Of a DNA stretch of 64,000 nt, positions 27,384 through 41,229 are shown in pieces (the stretch's first letter is position 1; every line of letters begins with the position of its first letter). The stretch is taken from contig OZ024746.1 in NCBI GenBank assembly GCA_964016885.1, forward strand, positions 84,630,001-84,694,000, in the 5' to 3' direction. This DNA comes from Eledone cirrhosa (taxonomy: Eukaryota). The notes beneath the pieces are model-generated. The model ran no database searches. It was given only the letters and a program-made list of their open reading frames with translations, and was not told the origin of the DNA. Made by a program: the position numbers and the translations under genes.

Positions 27384-27496
<113 letters not shown>

Positions 27497-27929
27497 GATG
27501 ATGATGATTTGTATTATTATATAATTTTGTTTATTTGACAGTATTTAACGCCAAAGTTGATCTGACTTCAAAAACTGACGGAGACAATATTTTTATGTTG
27601 TATTTCATCTTTACTGAGTTCATAAGATCCAGTTCCAATAATATACTAAGGTGAGAATCCTTTCAGCAAGTTTCCATGCCTCTCTCTATAAGTCTAAGGA
27701 CAAAAGACCCCACAAAAATGTAGAATTATTTCTTCTATCATTCTTATAAATCAGGTTCTCTTGCTTGATTTGATGTTCTCTTGTACGAAATGGTATTATT
27801 TTAAAACCATTATAATTATTATCATTTTATCATCCTTACCGGGTCGATAAAATAAAGTACCAGTAATGCACTGGGTAATTGCTGGCCTTGTGTCTAAAGT
27901 AGAAACAATTATAATTATTATCATTTTAT

Positions 27930-28356
27930 TGTGTGGCAAATAAAGAAATCATCGAGTGACGCCCTCATTAACTTTTTCAGGTTTCATCTGAAAAGGAAAA
28001 TCAGAGTGGAGAGGGAAGTGCTGACCTCCAGCCAGTTTGTTGAAAGGTGGGTGAGAGAAGCAAGAATGGCCCGTGTGAATGGGTCTACCCTGAGCGTGTG
28101 CCTGTAGCATCGTAGGAGGAAAACTGGAAGAGGGTATTTGCCCTAGCGGTCAGGGTAACCGTGGCTTTTCTTGTGGGCTTTCTCCACGAGCGGCTCTCGG
28201 AGGTCTTCCTCCTATTGGGGAATTTCTTCATTGTTTCCTTTTTTGTCACATACTCTGTTTTTGTTTATTTACACGCAGAAATGTCCGTTTGTATTGTCCT
28301 GTGCTGTCCTTAATGTTATACTTTGTATCAACCCTTGTGGTTAATAAAGAAAGCAT
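27930..28356 (+). mobile_element. 3' remnant of an L1/Tx1-like LINE, preceded by a truncated SINE A (27830-27912)
   Basis: Nucleotide homology to 41690-42118 (CCAGTTTGTTGAAAGGTGGGTGAGA; GGCTTTCTCCACGAG). Confidence 0.75.
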
Positions 28357-28359
28357 TAC

Positions 28360-28413
<54 letters not shown>

Positions 28414-28457
28414 CAATAATTATCTTATGAGGAGAGAGGGAGGGAGAAAAAGAAAGG

Positions 28458-28488
<31 letters not shown>

Positions 28489-28867
28489 AGAGAGAAGTTG
28501 ATGGTGGGGTTTGGGTGAGTTATCTGCAATTACGTCTCATTTAAATATTGTTTCGGGGCGTAATGGCGGCTTATACATCTACACAAAAGGAAAAAAAAGC
28601 CAACCACAATAGTTATTAAAAAGACGGCGGAGCAGGGGACGGGGTGTACTGACAGGACAAAAACAAGAAAAAAAAAACAACAGAAATACAAAAAAAAACA
28701 TACAAGAAAACAAATACAAATAAAGAAACAAAAACTGCCCTCCTTTCTCCCCCTAATTGTGTTTAATTCCTTTGTGTTCTATATCTAATTGTTGTTTTAC
28801 TCCCTTTTCGGGGAGTTAATCTTTGTTATTTCCGGGTCAGGAAGTTTCGTGTTATTCACATATCACC

Positions 28868-29004
<137 letters not shown>

Positions 29005-29203
29005 CGAAGGAAGTGTGGTAAGGAACCAGATGGACCATAACGCACCAGAGTACTCAATACTTAGGGTAGTAGAGTGGGTAATAGGAAAGTTTTTCCTATA
29101 TATATATATATACAAATACATATACATGCATACACACATATAATATATGTACATTCTATATATATATATATTATATTATATATATATTATACACACGCGC
29201 ACG

Positions 29204-29234
<31 letters not shown>

Positions 29235-29622
29235 GTGTGTGTGTATATGTTCTATATTATTCATTGAGTTGAAGACAGGATATGACCAGCATTTTAACCA
29301 GCTTGCGTTGTAACCCCTCAAACTCTCTGCCCACGGTATCTTATCTTAGTTCTATCATGTCCCGTCAACTTAATTGAATTATCGCATTGTCACTATTTGG
29401 TTTAGGTGGAGATGTGCGAAGGGGGATGTGGTAGGGTTATATAATTCTTAACCTTTGTACCAGCTACTGCAAAAAAAAAAAAAAAAAAATCAAGCAAAAA
29501 CAAACAACAAAGAACTGTACAAAACCCCACGACGACAACAATAACAACAACAACAAAAACAAATACGGATCCCTCTGTGTGGTCAGTCAATCTGTTAGTG
29601 GTAGTTGGCAAATATTTCTCAA

Positions 29623-29802
29623 ATCACATTCTTTAAAGCTCAGGGTCAGAGTCTCAAAGTTGTAGGGTTGAATATGAATGAATCGGTTTTTACCTATGGA
29701 GAGTTATATGTAGGTTGTTCACGTGTGGGAACAACTAGAAATCTTCGTATACTGAGCACGAATAGTAAAGCGTATAATCTGGTGAACCTGGAAAACATTT
29801 GA
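29623..29802 (+). pseudogene. PIF1-family (Helitron RepHel-like) helicase C-terminal fragment
   Basis: ITFFKAQGQSLKVVGLNMNESVFTYGELYVGCSRV matches helicase motifs V/VI (TINKAQGQSL..VG......FSHGQLYVAxSRV). Confidence 0.85.
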
Positions 29803-29890
29803 CTGTTTTGGTTTTGTCACACGCACACACATGCACGCGTGCGCCCCCCCCCCCCCACATACAAACACGCACACGCACACACACACACAC

Positions 29891-30018
<128 letters not shown>

Positions 30019-30185
30019 TGTTCACGCCTCATACTGTAAAGCGAACAACGCATCCAATACAGTCGTTTTCTCTTTTGGAGGAGAAAAAAACATCAAAACC
30101 CGCCCAGGACATATGACACGTTGAACAGAAGGTTACACAATCTTTTTTCCATTTCTTAGAGGGTTCTAAACCCCACTATCAGGCT

Positions 30186-30260
<75 letters not shown>

Positions 30261-30402
30261 CATATATATAAATCATACACAAAACGCCAGCACCAACAGT
30301 TTTCCAGGAGATGTCAATGAATGGACTTGTTATTTTTATCTAAAGACATTTTTTCCAATTCCAACCTGCCCGTCCCCTCAATCTATTTTATTTCTCATTC
30401 TT

Positions 30403-30438
30403 TCTTCTGATGAAGGACTAGCGTCCGAAACGTTAAGG
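30403..30438 (+). ncRNA. Ultra-minimal type-I hammerhead
   Basis: TCTT-CTGATGA-A-GGAC tagc GTCC-GAAA-CG-TT^-AAGG. A homologous decayed copy lies on the minus strand at about 47695-47815. Confidence 0.72.
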
Positions 30439-30519
30439 CCCTCTTCATGCTATTTCAAGCGTTAACCTAATATATTCCTTTCATATACTGTACCGATTGT
30501 GTTGTTATTTCTGTTTACC

Positions 30520-30623
<104 letters not shown>

Positions 30624-30675
30624 TTATATATATATATAAATGGAAAAGAATGAAACGAAATTTCATTTCTTACTC

Positions 30676-30800
30676 TTAGGAAAAAAGATGAAATCGAAAA
30701 TGGAACTGGAGTATTTTTAAGAATATATATTTGGTTCCTTTTCCGGTTTCGCCGTTCTTATGCTTTTCAAAAGTAGAATTGAGATGGAGGGTTTGTGGGT
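30676..30800 (-). mobile_element. Copy of the U3-A8 hammerhead family element (cleavage site mutated)
   Basis: Reverse-complement homolog of 32810-32930; UUGAAAA-GC..GC-GAAA-CCGG-AA. Confidence 0.7.
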
Positions 30801-31187
30801 ATATAGTCATTGTTCGAACAATTGGAACACTCATCATCGAAACCGACGGAGTCCTAACACACTCATCGCACGTATACATACAGACATAAACATATGCAAG
30901 CACTCGTACAAAGACAGTTATACAAGTATTTGGTGCATATAACAGACACATGTTCACGCCCCTGGTTCATAATAGTGATCGAGTTAAGCTTTTTAATTAG
31001 GAATCATATAAAGGCTGATTGGTAAGAGAGAGAGGAGGGGTGCAGCAGTATATATAGTTAGGAATGGTGGGTGGGTGAGTGGAGAGGAGTGGGAGAAGAT
31101 GAAGATGAGGGGGGAGGGTTAGGGAGGGGAGTCGGGGGAGATGAAGAAAGAAAAATGGGGTAAAAGGATGAGAAAACTGAAGATTAA

Positions 31188-31204
31188 GTAGTAGTAGCAG
31201 CAAC

Positions 31205-31236
<32 letters not shown>

Positions 31237-31264
31237 CAATAGTAGTAGTAGTAGTAGTAGTAGT

Positions 31265-31326
<62 letters not shown>

Positions 31327-31520
31327 AGTAGGGTTAGTAGTAGCAGCAGCAGCAACAACAGCAGCAGCAGCAACAGTAGTAGTAGTAGTAGTAGTAGTAG
31401 CAACAACAGCAGCAGCAGTAGCAGCAGCAGCAGTAGTAGTAGTAGTAGTTGTTGTAGTAGTAGCAACAGCAGCAGCAGTAGTAGCAGTAGTAGTAGCAAT
31501 AGCAGCAGTCGTCGTAGTAG
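31188..31520. repeat. Compound (TAG)n/(CAG)n trinucleotide array
   Basis: Visible directly. Similar arrays at 27380-27496, 36560-37535, 58059-58785 and 61760-62260. Confidence 0.9.
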
Positions 31521-32224
31521 AAGAAGAAGAAGACGAAGGAGAAGGGGGGAGGGGGAGAATATGGAGAAAAATGCATGAAGATGAAGATGATGATGATGAT
31601 GATGATGAAAGAAGCTGATAATGATAGAAAAAGAAGAACAAGAAGAACGAAGAGGAGGAGTGTAGGACGGGAGGAGTAGGTGGATGAGGCGCTAGGGGAG
31701 TAGGTGGGGGAGGAGGGGGAAGAGTTGGAGGAGGAAAAATGGGTATGACGATGAAAGGAGAGAAAAAGGAGAGAGAAAAAAGAAAGGTTGATTTGAGATA
31801 GTGACAATAACATGAACAACAACAATAACAAGTGTGTCTTTTCATCTTTTTCACAACGCAAGGCGGAACAGTAACCCGAAGACAAAACTGGTCGCTATTC
31901 AAACTGGCGAAAAACCAAACTAATCGTGCAGAGCCGACATCTCATTAAAACACGTTTAGCGTAGACAGAACAACAGTTGTACTGTGAGATGGAGGTATAG
32001 CGCATGAAAGAGATAGCTAGAATCTACACCCATGTATCTTCACTCTTAAACTCAAACACATAAATATATATACATACACACACTCACACACATATATATA
32101 TATATATATAGTAATATGTGTGTGTGTGTGTATGTATATATATTTATGTGTTTGAAGACTAAAATCCAAAGAGGGCTCGATAAGGATAAATATATATAAA
32201 ATATATAAGAGAACCGTAGAGCAA

Positions 32225-32385
32225 ATATTTATTAAAATAACAGATTAAAGTTTAAGCAAAGAATCGCTGCTTTCACCCTTAACGGGATCTTCTGAAATTG
32301 AAATCTTCTGAGTTTCAGAAGATCCCGTTAAGGGTGAAAGCAGCGATTCTTTGCTTAAACTTTAATCTGTTATTTTAATAAATAT
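32225..32385. repeat. 73-bp-arm perfect fold-back with an HHR-like motif
   Basis: Arms 32225-32297 / 32313-32385. Each reads CAGAAGA-T-CCC gttaa GGG-T-GAAA, a non-canonical core. Confidence 0.9.
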
Positions 32386-32489
32386 ATATATATATATATA
32401 TATATACGTTATTCCGGGTTGAATCGGAGGTAACCACAGTAAGTAAGGTACTCAATACATTGCAGAGTATAAAAGTTTTAATATAGATG

Positions 32490-32540
32490 AGATTCTACAG
32501 GACTAGAACTGTTTCATTCTTTAGAAATCATCAGGAATCT
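32490..32540 (-). ncRNA. Type-I hammerhead at the apex of a 61-bp fold-back (32474-32534 / 32539-32599)
   Basis: Minus strand: AGAUUC-CUGAUGA-U-UUC uaaa GAA-U-GAAA-CAG uucuaguc CUG-UA^-GAAUCU. Confidence 0.8.
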
Positions 32541-32595
32541 GATGATTTCTAAAGAATGAAACAGTTCTAGTCATGTAGAATCTCATCTATATTAA

Positions 32596-32649
<54 letters not shown>

Positions 32650-32829
32650 ATATATATACTTATACATATATATGTATATATATATTCTTATTCACGTGAC
32701 AGTCATCAACCGACCAAATTACTTTTCTAAAAAACCTAGCATTTCAAGCCACTTTTTTCCACATGAAACAGAAGTAACATTCGAACACCAACCAGATGCG
32801 AGAAAAACCAGAAACCTCCATCTTAATTC

Positions 32830-32869
32830 TCCTTTTGAAAAGCATAAGAACTGTGAAACCGGTAAAGGA
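32830..32869 (+). ncRNA. Hammerhead with a compensatory U3-A8 core
   Basis: TCCTT-TTGAAAA-GCA taagaac TGT-GAAA-CCGG-TA^-AAGGA. Confidence 0.65.
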
Positions 32870-32926
32870 AACAAAAATAAATATTCTTAAAAAGAATCCA
32901 GTTGCATTTTCGATTTCATCTTTTTT

Positions 32927-32963
<37 letters not shown>

Positions 32964-33094
32964 GATAAATCTACCAAGAGTTTACGGTAGTGTCCAATCC
33001 GTATGAAGAACTCAATGTATTCCGGATATCATGGAAAGAAGAGATGTAATGAAAAATCACTTTCGGTGAAAGATAAACGGTATACAGAGTCAAG

Positions 33095-33517
33095 ATAAAA
33101 TATTAAACTAATAATGAATAAACAATGAAACAGTTCCTTATATTAAACAAAAAAAGTTCATTATTTAACGATCGTTTCTAGGATATATATGTGTTAGAAT
33201 TGGCATGCATATTCAACAGATCTATGTACAAAATTATACAAAATTATACAAACTATCAAGATTAAATATACATACCAACACATATATACGCCGTCTTCAG
33301 AAATAATATTTATATTATTTCTGAAGACGGCGTATATATGTGTTGGTATGTATATTTAATCTTGATAGTTTGTATAATTTTGTATAATTTTGTACATAGA
33401 TCTGTTGAATATGCATGCCAATTCTAACACATATATATCCTAGAAACGATCGTTAAATAATGAACTTTTTTTGTTTAATATAAGGAACTGTTTCATTGTT
33501 TATTCATTATTAGTTTA

Positions 33518-33526
<9 letters not shown>
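33095..33526. repeat. 215-bp-arm perfect palindrome carrying two back-to-back hammerheads
   Basis: Arms 33095-33309 / 33312-33526 with a 2-nt spacer; the right end runs into (TA)n. Confidence 0.95.
33314..33461 (+). ncRNA. Type-I hammerhead with a ~115-nt stem II domain (mirror copy 33160-33307, minus strand)
   Basis: ATTATTT-CTGAAGA-C-GG..TATATATGTGTTGG....CTAACACATATATA.CC-TA-GAAA-CGATCG-TT^-AAATAAT. Confidence 0.75.
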
Positions 33527-33585
<59 letters not shown>

Positions 33586-33745
33586 CACATATATTGAGTA
33601 TCTTTTTAACTGTGGTTACCCCCATCTACATATTACATGAATTATAACCATTAATATTTGGTATTTCAATAGCAGAATTTCGTTCACACTATAAAGCAAA
33701 TCATTCGTCTCCGCCATCTAACTCAGTAGCTGTTTGCTCTGTGTA

Positions 33746-33990
33746 CAGGGTGACCCAAAAGTTCTGTTACATCTTTTGAAATCCTTAGTTTAACATTAAA
33801 AAGTGACTACTTTATCTTTATTTTTTATAATTTTAAAGATTGTTTTTGTCTTCATTCAAGTTCTGAACTCATCTTTAAGCTAAGAGATATAGTTTTGTCA
33901 AGAATTAGAATGGAACGTGAACAATCTGCTGTAGTTGAACTACATCAAGCTAACAAGTCCCCATCAGAAATTTTGAATCTTCTCGATTGA
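33746..33990 (+). mobile_element. 5' end of a Tc1/mariner (maT/DD37D-like) transposon with a truncated transposase N-terminus
   Basis: TA-CAGGGTGACCCAAAAG TIR. 33910-33990 encodes MEREQSAVVELHQANKSPSEILNLLD*, resembling the maT N-terminal HTH start. Confidence 0.55.
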
Positions 33991-34241
33991 CCAAATGAAA
34001 TTGACTGTTAATGAATTGTAAATATAATTTAAAAAAAAATAAGTCCAAGGAATACTGTTAGATAAAAACCATTTATGAGTCCCTCTTAACACTATATAAC
34101 ATTTTTCAGATGACATAAATGTTCTTTGAATGTTTAGAAGTTTTTAAATTGATAGCCAGTGGCTGTTTATTTTGTTTATAAATATACGATCAGTTGGCGC
34201 ACACACAGACACACACATACACACACACATACACACACACA

Positions 34242-34287
<46 letters not shown>

Positions 34288-34895
34288 CATGCACAAAGGT
34301 GTATGTTTTCTTAAGTCATATTGCAATAAGGAGATGGCAGCCAAAACTTATAGATTCGTTTAAGGCTGATTGTGAAACTAACGGTGAGTTGGGAAATTAA
34401 TTTGGAGGAGGTATATAAAAGAATGTACTTAAAATATGAAAAACTCAGGGAGTCTTGTAGCTTACAAAGAAGGAATTGTACAAGACTTCTTGTCGGAATG
34501 GGATGTAGTAGGTTTTTGGAAAGAATGAAAAGATAACCCTCATCAAATATTGCAAGAAAATAATATTTGGATTGATAGAATCTCCTTTGGCGGGATGGTG
34601 CATGGATAGCATGAGGGTTAAACTGGTTACAATATAGGTCAAAAGGAGCTGGACATTATCTAGAGGTATCGCCACTATTGGGAGGCTCCGCTATTGTGTT
34701 CTCCAGTTGTAAGATGAGACTGCCCTGGCTACGACATGGGTCAGAAAGACCTGGACATTATTTAAAGATAGCGCCACTGCCAGAAAGCTCCGAAATTTTG
34801 ATCTCTAGTTCTCAGGTGAGTGTCCAGCAGTGGCAACCATATGTAAAATTATACAGTGAGAATGAGAGAGAGAGAGAGAGAGGGAGAGGGAGAGA

Positions 34896-34937
<42 letters not shown>

Positions 34938-35067
34938 GTGGAACAGAAAATGAAAGGATAAAGTAAGAAAATATTCTAGTGAAGTGGTTATGATAAAGCT
35001 TGTAGAAGGTGGAATGTGAATAGGGGGTGAATTCTGGCGATAATTAGGTGTGTGAATGTATATATGT

Positions 35068-35122
<55 letters not shown>

Positions 35123-35604
35123 TGTGTAACGGAGGTAATTACTATCGCAGCAGAGCTTGGTTGACACGCAAACTGATAAGCCATCCGATGTGTAGCCAAG
35201 CAAGAACAAACGAGAGGTTAAATAAGGGTATTGTTAAATGAACGTCAAAAGCACAAGTGGATCAGATGAGACAGTATAGAGAAAGTACTGTCAGTCACAT
35301 TGTGAGCGACTGTGTGTGGGGGGAAGGAGTTTAGGCGTGGCAGAATCTTGAAGTAGTTTGATTGGCAATCACGAAAACCCATGTTTAGTCTTACTGAGCG
35401 GATTTTTGTGCATGTCTTCTCTTACTGCCATGGGTTGACTAAAATCTTGGGAGGAAAACTAAGTTGTTGAAAACCGTGGAAGGTCATCCAATGGAGGATG
35501 TCTCTAAGTCAATGAACTCAGGCTGAGTTACATTGATTCTACCTGAGAATTGCTCGCTCTGATCGATCAACGAGATCTCAGATCTCATTCGCTTGCCGTG
35601 TGGG

Positions 35605-35805
35605 GTGGACCTCGTCAAATAGGACGAAGGAAAAAATGTTTCCATTAGTCTTTCCATTGGTGATACTATCTACGGGTCGCAACTCCTGACAGAAGGAATT
35701 AAAGTGTCTTGCTTAAGGACACTGCGCATCACCTGATCCGAGAATTGAACTCGCAACCTCACAATCGCGAATGCAACTCTCCAACCACTAAGCCATGCGC
35801 CTTCA
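35605..35805 (-). mobile_element. Diverged copy of SINE family B2 (see 55253-55473)
   Basis: Shares the tRNA head, GTGTCCTTAAGCAAGACACTTT and a GGAGTTGCGACC...ATTTGACGA tail. Confidence 0.7.
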
Positions 35806-36177
35806 TAAACCTGAGAATTACGTTATGAATATACGTGTCTGTGGAATACTCAGCCACTTACATTAATGTTTATAAGTTGGTGGTTTAGTTGATCGTACAA
35901 CTGCATGTTCATAGCCAAGATGTCGGAAGAACCATCGTCATCATGTGGTGGGAGATTCTATTCCACCGTGCAGTACCACGGGCAAGTTAGAAGCTTGAAA
36001 AAAAAAAAGAATACAATCATGAATACAAGCAACCGAAATGGGGTTCTTCCAATTGTGAATTGTTTAATAACATTATCTAATGTGTGATATATTTTTATGT
36101 TGATAGATATGAGATTTCAAGGAGAATATTACTACCATTTCTAGCAGAATCAGTGACCATGATGAAGTCCTCTTCAT

Positions 36178-36365
36178 GCGGTGGATTGGCAGTATCGGTA
36201 GAGGGTCGGACGCCATGCTTTCCAGCATAGTTACGTCCCTTTACGATCTGAGTTCAAATCCCGCCGAGGTTGACTCTGCCTTTCATCCTTACAGGGTCGA
36301 TAAAATAAAGTACCAGTAATGCACTGGGTATTTGCTGGCCTTGTGCCTAAAGTAGAAACAATTAT
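36178..36365 (+). mobile_element. SINE A
   Basis: Consensus match. Confidence 0.88.
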
Positions 36366-36749
36366 TGTTATTAGTGTTGCTTCGTGGCATAGAGACACGG
36401 CTTTATACGTTCTGAGTTCAAATCCTGCCGAAGTTATCTTTGCCTTTCATACCTACAGGGGCGATAAAATAAAATACCAGTAACAAACTGGGGTCGATTT
36501 AATCGACTTTCCCCTCTCCTAAAATTGTTGGACTTGTGTTAAATCAGAATCCATTATTTTCGGAGCTACTGCTACTGCTGCTGCTGCTGTTGTTGTTGTT
36601 GCTGTTGCTGTTGCTGTAGATGATATTGTATATATTGTTATTGTTGTTACTGCTGCTGGTGCTGTTGTTGTTGTTGTTGTTGCTGTTGCTGTAGATGATA
36701 TTGTATATATTGTTATTGTTGTTACTGCTGCTGCTGTTACTGCTGCTGC

Positions 36750-36782
<33 letters not shown>

Positions 36783-36886
36783 AGTAGATCATATAGTCGT
36801 AGTTACTGATTCAACCATATTGTTGTTGTTGTAGATGCGATTGTCACAGTTACTGATTCAACCATTGTAAATATTGTTGTTGTTGT

Positions 36887-36918
<32 letters not shown>

Positions 36919-37287
36919 TTGTTGTTGTTGTTACAGATTCGGTTCCAATCATTGTTATTCTTACTTCTAGTGTAATTGTATTTTTTCTATGTTGCTTCTA
37001 TGACTGATGTTTCTATTGTTGTTGTTGTTGTTGCAGCAGCAGTCACTATTCTCTATACTGTTGTTATAGTTGTTGTTGTTGTTATTATCATTGCTATTGT
37101 TGTAGGATTTAATAAGATTATCGCTGCAACTGTTGTTGTTGCTGTCGTCGTTGTTGTTACAATTGCCGCCGTTGTTGTTGTTGTCGTTTTCGTTGGTGTT
37201 GTTGTCGTTTTCGTTGTTGTCGTCGTTGTTGTTGGAGTTGTTGTTGTTGTTGTTGTCGTCGTCGTCGTCGTCGTTGTTGTTGTTGTT

Positions 37288-37325
<38 letters not shown>

Positions 37326-37849
37326 CATCGTTGCCGTTAGAATTTCGTTTTGTTTCATTTGTTGCCATTTCTATGAATGCTATAGCTGCTATTGTTGCTA
37401 TTGCTAATGCTGTTGTTGCTATTGTTAAGCATTGTTGTTTTAGCTGTTTTTGTTTTTGTGACAATTGTTGTTGTTGCTGTTGTTGTTCTTGTTTTTGTTG
37501 CTGTTTTTGTTGTTGTTGTTGTTATTGTTGTTGTTGCTTTAAGATCCTACTGTACAAGCTTTAATAGAGTTAAACTATCATTAAATAACATTTAGCTAAG
37601 AACACCACTTCAGCATTGTCTGACTCCCTGACCCCCCTCACTCTCTCTTTCCTTCCTCCCCCTCTCTCTCTGCCTGTATTTATTTTTGTCTAATTCTGTT
37701 CGGTCCTCCCTCCTCTTCCCCCTCCCTTCTCTCTTTATGTGAATCTAATCGATGCTTCAACCTTTTTTTCTTCTCATTGTGCCAAGCTTTCTTCCTCATT
37801 GTCCCCTGCTATATAATTGAATTGGATTAGTTCATTTATACTTCGTTAA

Positions 37850-37958
<109 letters not shown>

Positions 37959-38004
37959 CTTTTTCTCTCTCTCCATCTCTCTCTCACACACACACACACA
38001 CTCT

Positions 38005-38093
<89 letters not shown>

Positions 38094-38100
38094 TATCTCC

Positions 38101-38210
<110 letters not shown>

Positions 38211-39409
38211 GCCTATCTAACTGTTTACCTCTCTGTCTGTTTACTCCCATTAACACAGAAACCCTCGTGCACTCACGCGCACACACGCACGCTATCATAG
38301 ACATAAATTCAAGGATAAATACACAGGCATATACTACATCCATAATCAATGTATTTTTTTCTATGTGCGGCGACTCTAGATGTACGTTATCTAACGTATA
38401 CTTTATTAAGGCTGTAGGGTGTGATCTGAGGGACTTTTGTTTGCTATTTCCGGCAGGTTGGACAACCATGTAGAGTCTGACGTTAGCACCTGGAATGTTG
38501 CTCTCCTGGGTGCAAAACTGGGCAAGGTACTTTGTCGAAGACCAACATTCATCCATGCATGCGAGCCTCCCCATAGTACGCCTCCGGTCATATCCAAAGG
38601 AGAGCCAAATGTCGATACAGATTGGTTGAAATAAAGTATCCTGCTTAAATATGAAACACGTCACCAAGCTCATGAATGGAACTCATGACTTTGCAAATGC
38701 GAGCCCAACACCCTATGTCGCACCTTATGTCGCACCCTATGTCGCACCCTATGTCGCACGACTTCAGGGCGGAATGCACTCTAAAATGGCAAGATGTTCA
38801 CTATTGGAAAGTCTTTGATTTTATGACTGTTCGATCAAAGTTGACCTGGGGCTAAACAACAACAGGAACAACAACAGGAAAAATGACACACAAACAGAAA
38901 CTCACAAGCAGAAAAGATGCTTATGAAAACAGCGTAACATTTTTAGGCCGTCATCTAATTTTAAAGAATCACCAGCCACCGCACTAGTGAAATCCAGAAA
39001 CAATTTTATATAAACAGACTTTAGAATCTGTGTAATTGTTAGGGGAGGTAATTCAAGACAAATATACATAGGAAGAAATCAAAACAGTCAAGAAAACAGA
39101 AATACAATACAATCAACAGAAAACGATGTCTTTATCTCTTTAAATCGGTATAAAATTGCTTCTATTTCCGCCTCCTTTCGCCATAACGAGGTCATAACGA
39201 CCACGATAGCGGATAGGTGAGCGTACGTGTGTGTATATTTGTATGTATATATGTGTATGTGTGTATATGTGTATGTGTGTATGCGTAGACAGACTTCAGT
39301 GTGTGTAAATTGTGTATGCGCGAGAGTGTCTATGCTGTCTATGCGTATGTGTGTGTCTATGCGTGTGTGAGTGTATGATGGTTTAGTTGAGGATGGAAAC
39401 ATCGGGTGG

Positions 39410-39485
<76 letters not shown>

Positions 39486-39666
39486 TGCGTGTATATACCT
39501 GTGAGTATGCGCAGATAAGCTTCAGTGTAGTGTGTATGTGTGTATGTTTATTTGCGTATGTGCCTTTGTGTGTGTGTGTGTGTGTGTGCCTTTCGGGGGT
39601 CGGGAAGACGTATAGTGTTGTGTGTGTTTGTGCGGGCCTACTGCTTGCGTGATTCGGTGTGTGTGT

Positions 39667-40439
<773 letters not shown>

Positions 40440-40458
40440 ATATATATATATATATATA

Positions 40459-40593
40459 TAACGAAGGAAATGTGGTAAGGAACCAGATGGACCATAACGC
40501 ACCAAAGTACTCAATACTTAGGGTAGTAGAGTGGGTAATAGGAACGAGTAGGACCCCGACGGTTGAGCTCAAGCTGTCGGGGCCCTACTCGTT

Positions 40594-40598
<5 letters not shown>
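40459..40598 (+). mobile_element. TA-embedded short element with a terminal hairpin
   Basis: Near-identical to 29003-29085 and related to 55915-56050, 6257-6320 and 25755-25824; hairpin at 40538-40598. Confidence 0.7.
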
Positions 40599-40626
<28 letters not shown>

Positions 40627-40680
40627 GGGGTAACAAATTATTGTTATAGGTAGTCCACTTAAGTGTAGTCCAGTTATTAA

Positions 40681-40784
<104 letters not shown>

Positions 40785-40816
40785 TATATGCATTTGTGAA
40801 TATGTGCATGGTATAT

Positions 40817-40848
<32 letters not shown>

Positions 40849-41229
40849 TGTATGTATGTATGTATGTATGTATGTATGTATGTATGTACGTATGTATGTA
40901 CGTATGTATGTATGTATGCATGTATGTACGTAAGTATGTATGCATGTATGTATGTTTGTTTGTATGTATGTGCGGCTCAGTAGTTACCGATGATGTTGAT
41001 CTTTTTTTCTTTTCAGTTTATAGCTACTGTCGCTCAGAGAGTGGGATTGTCTCAGTGCACAGTCCTTCCTCAATTTAAAAAAAATGTTCACACACAGGCA
41101 TTGCATGGTAGCATTAATTAATAATTATTAATAATGTTATATCGTGCAATGGCCATACTCGATAACGAGGGGGCAGCCATCATGTATGTATGTAATTTTT
41201 GTGTAATATGTACCTGTTTATGTATCTCT

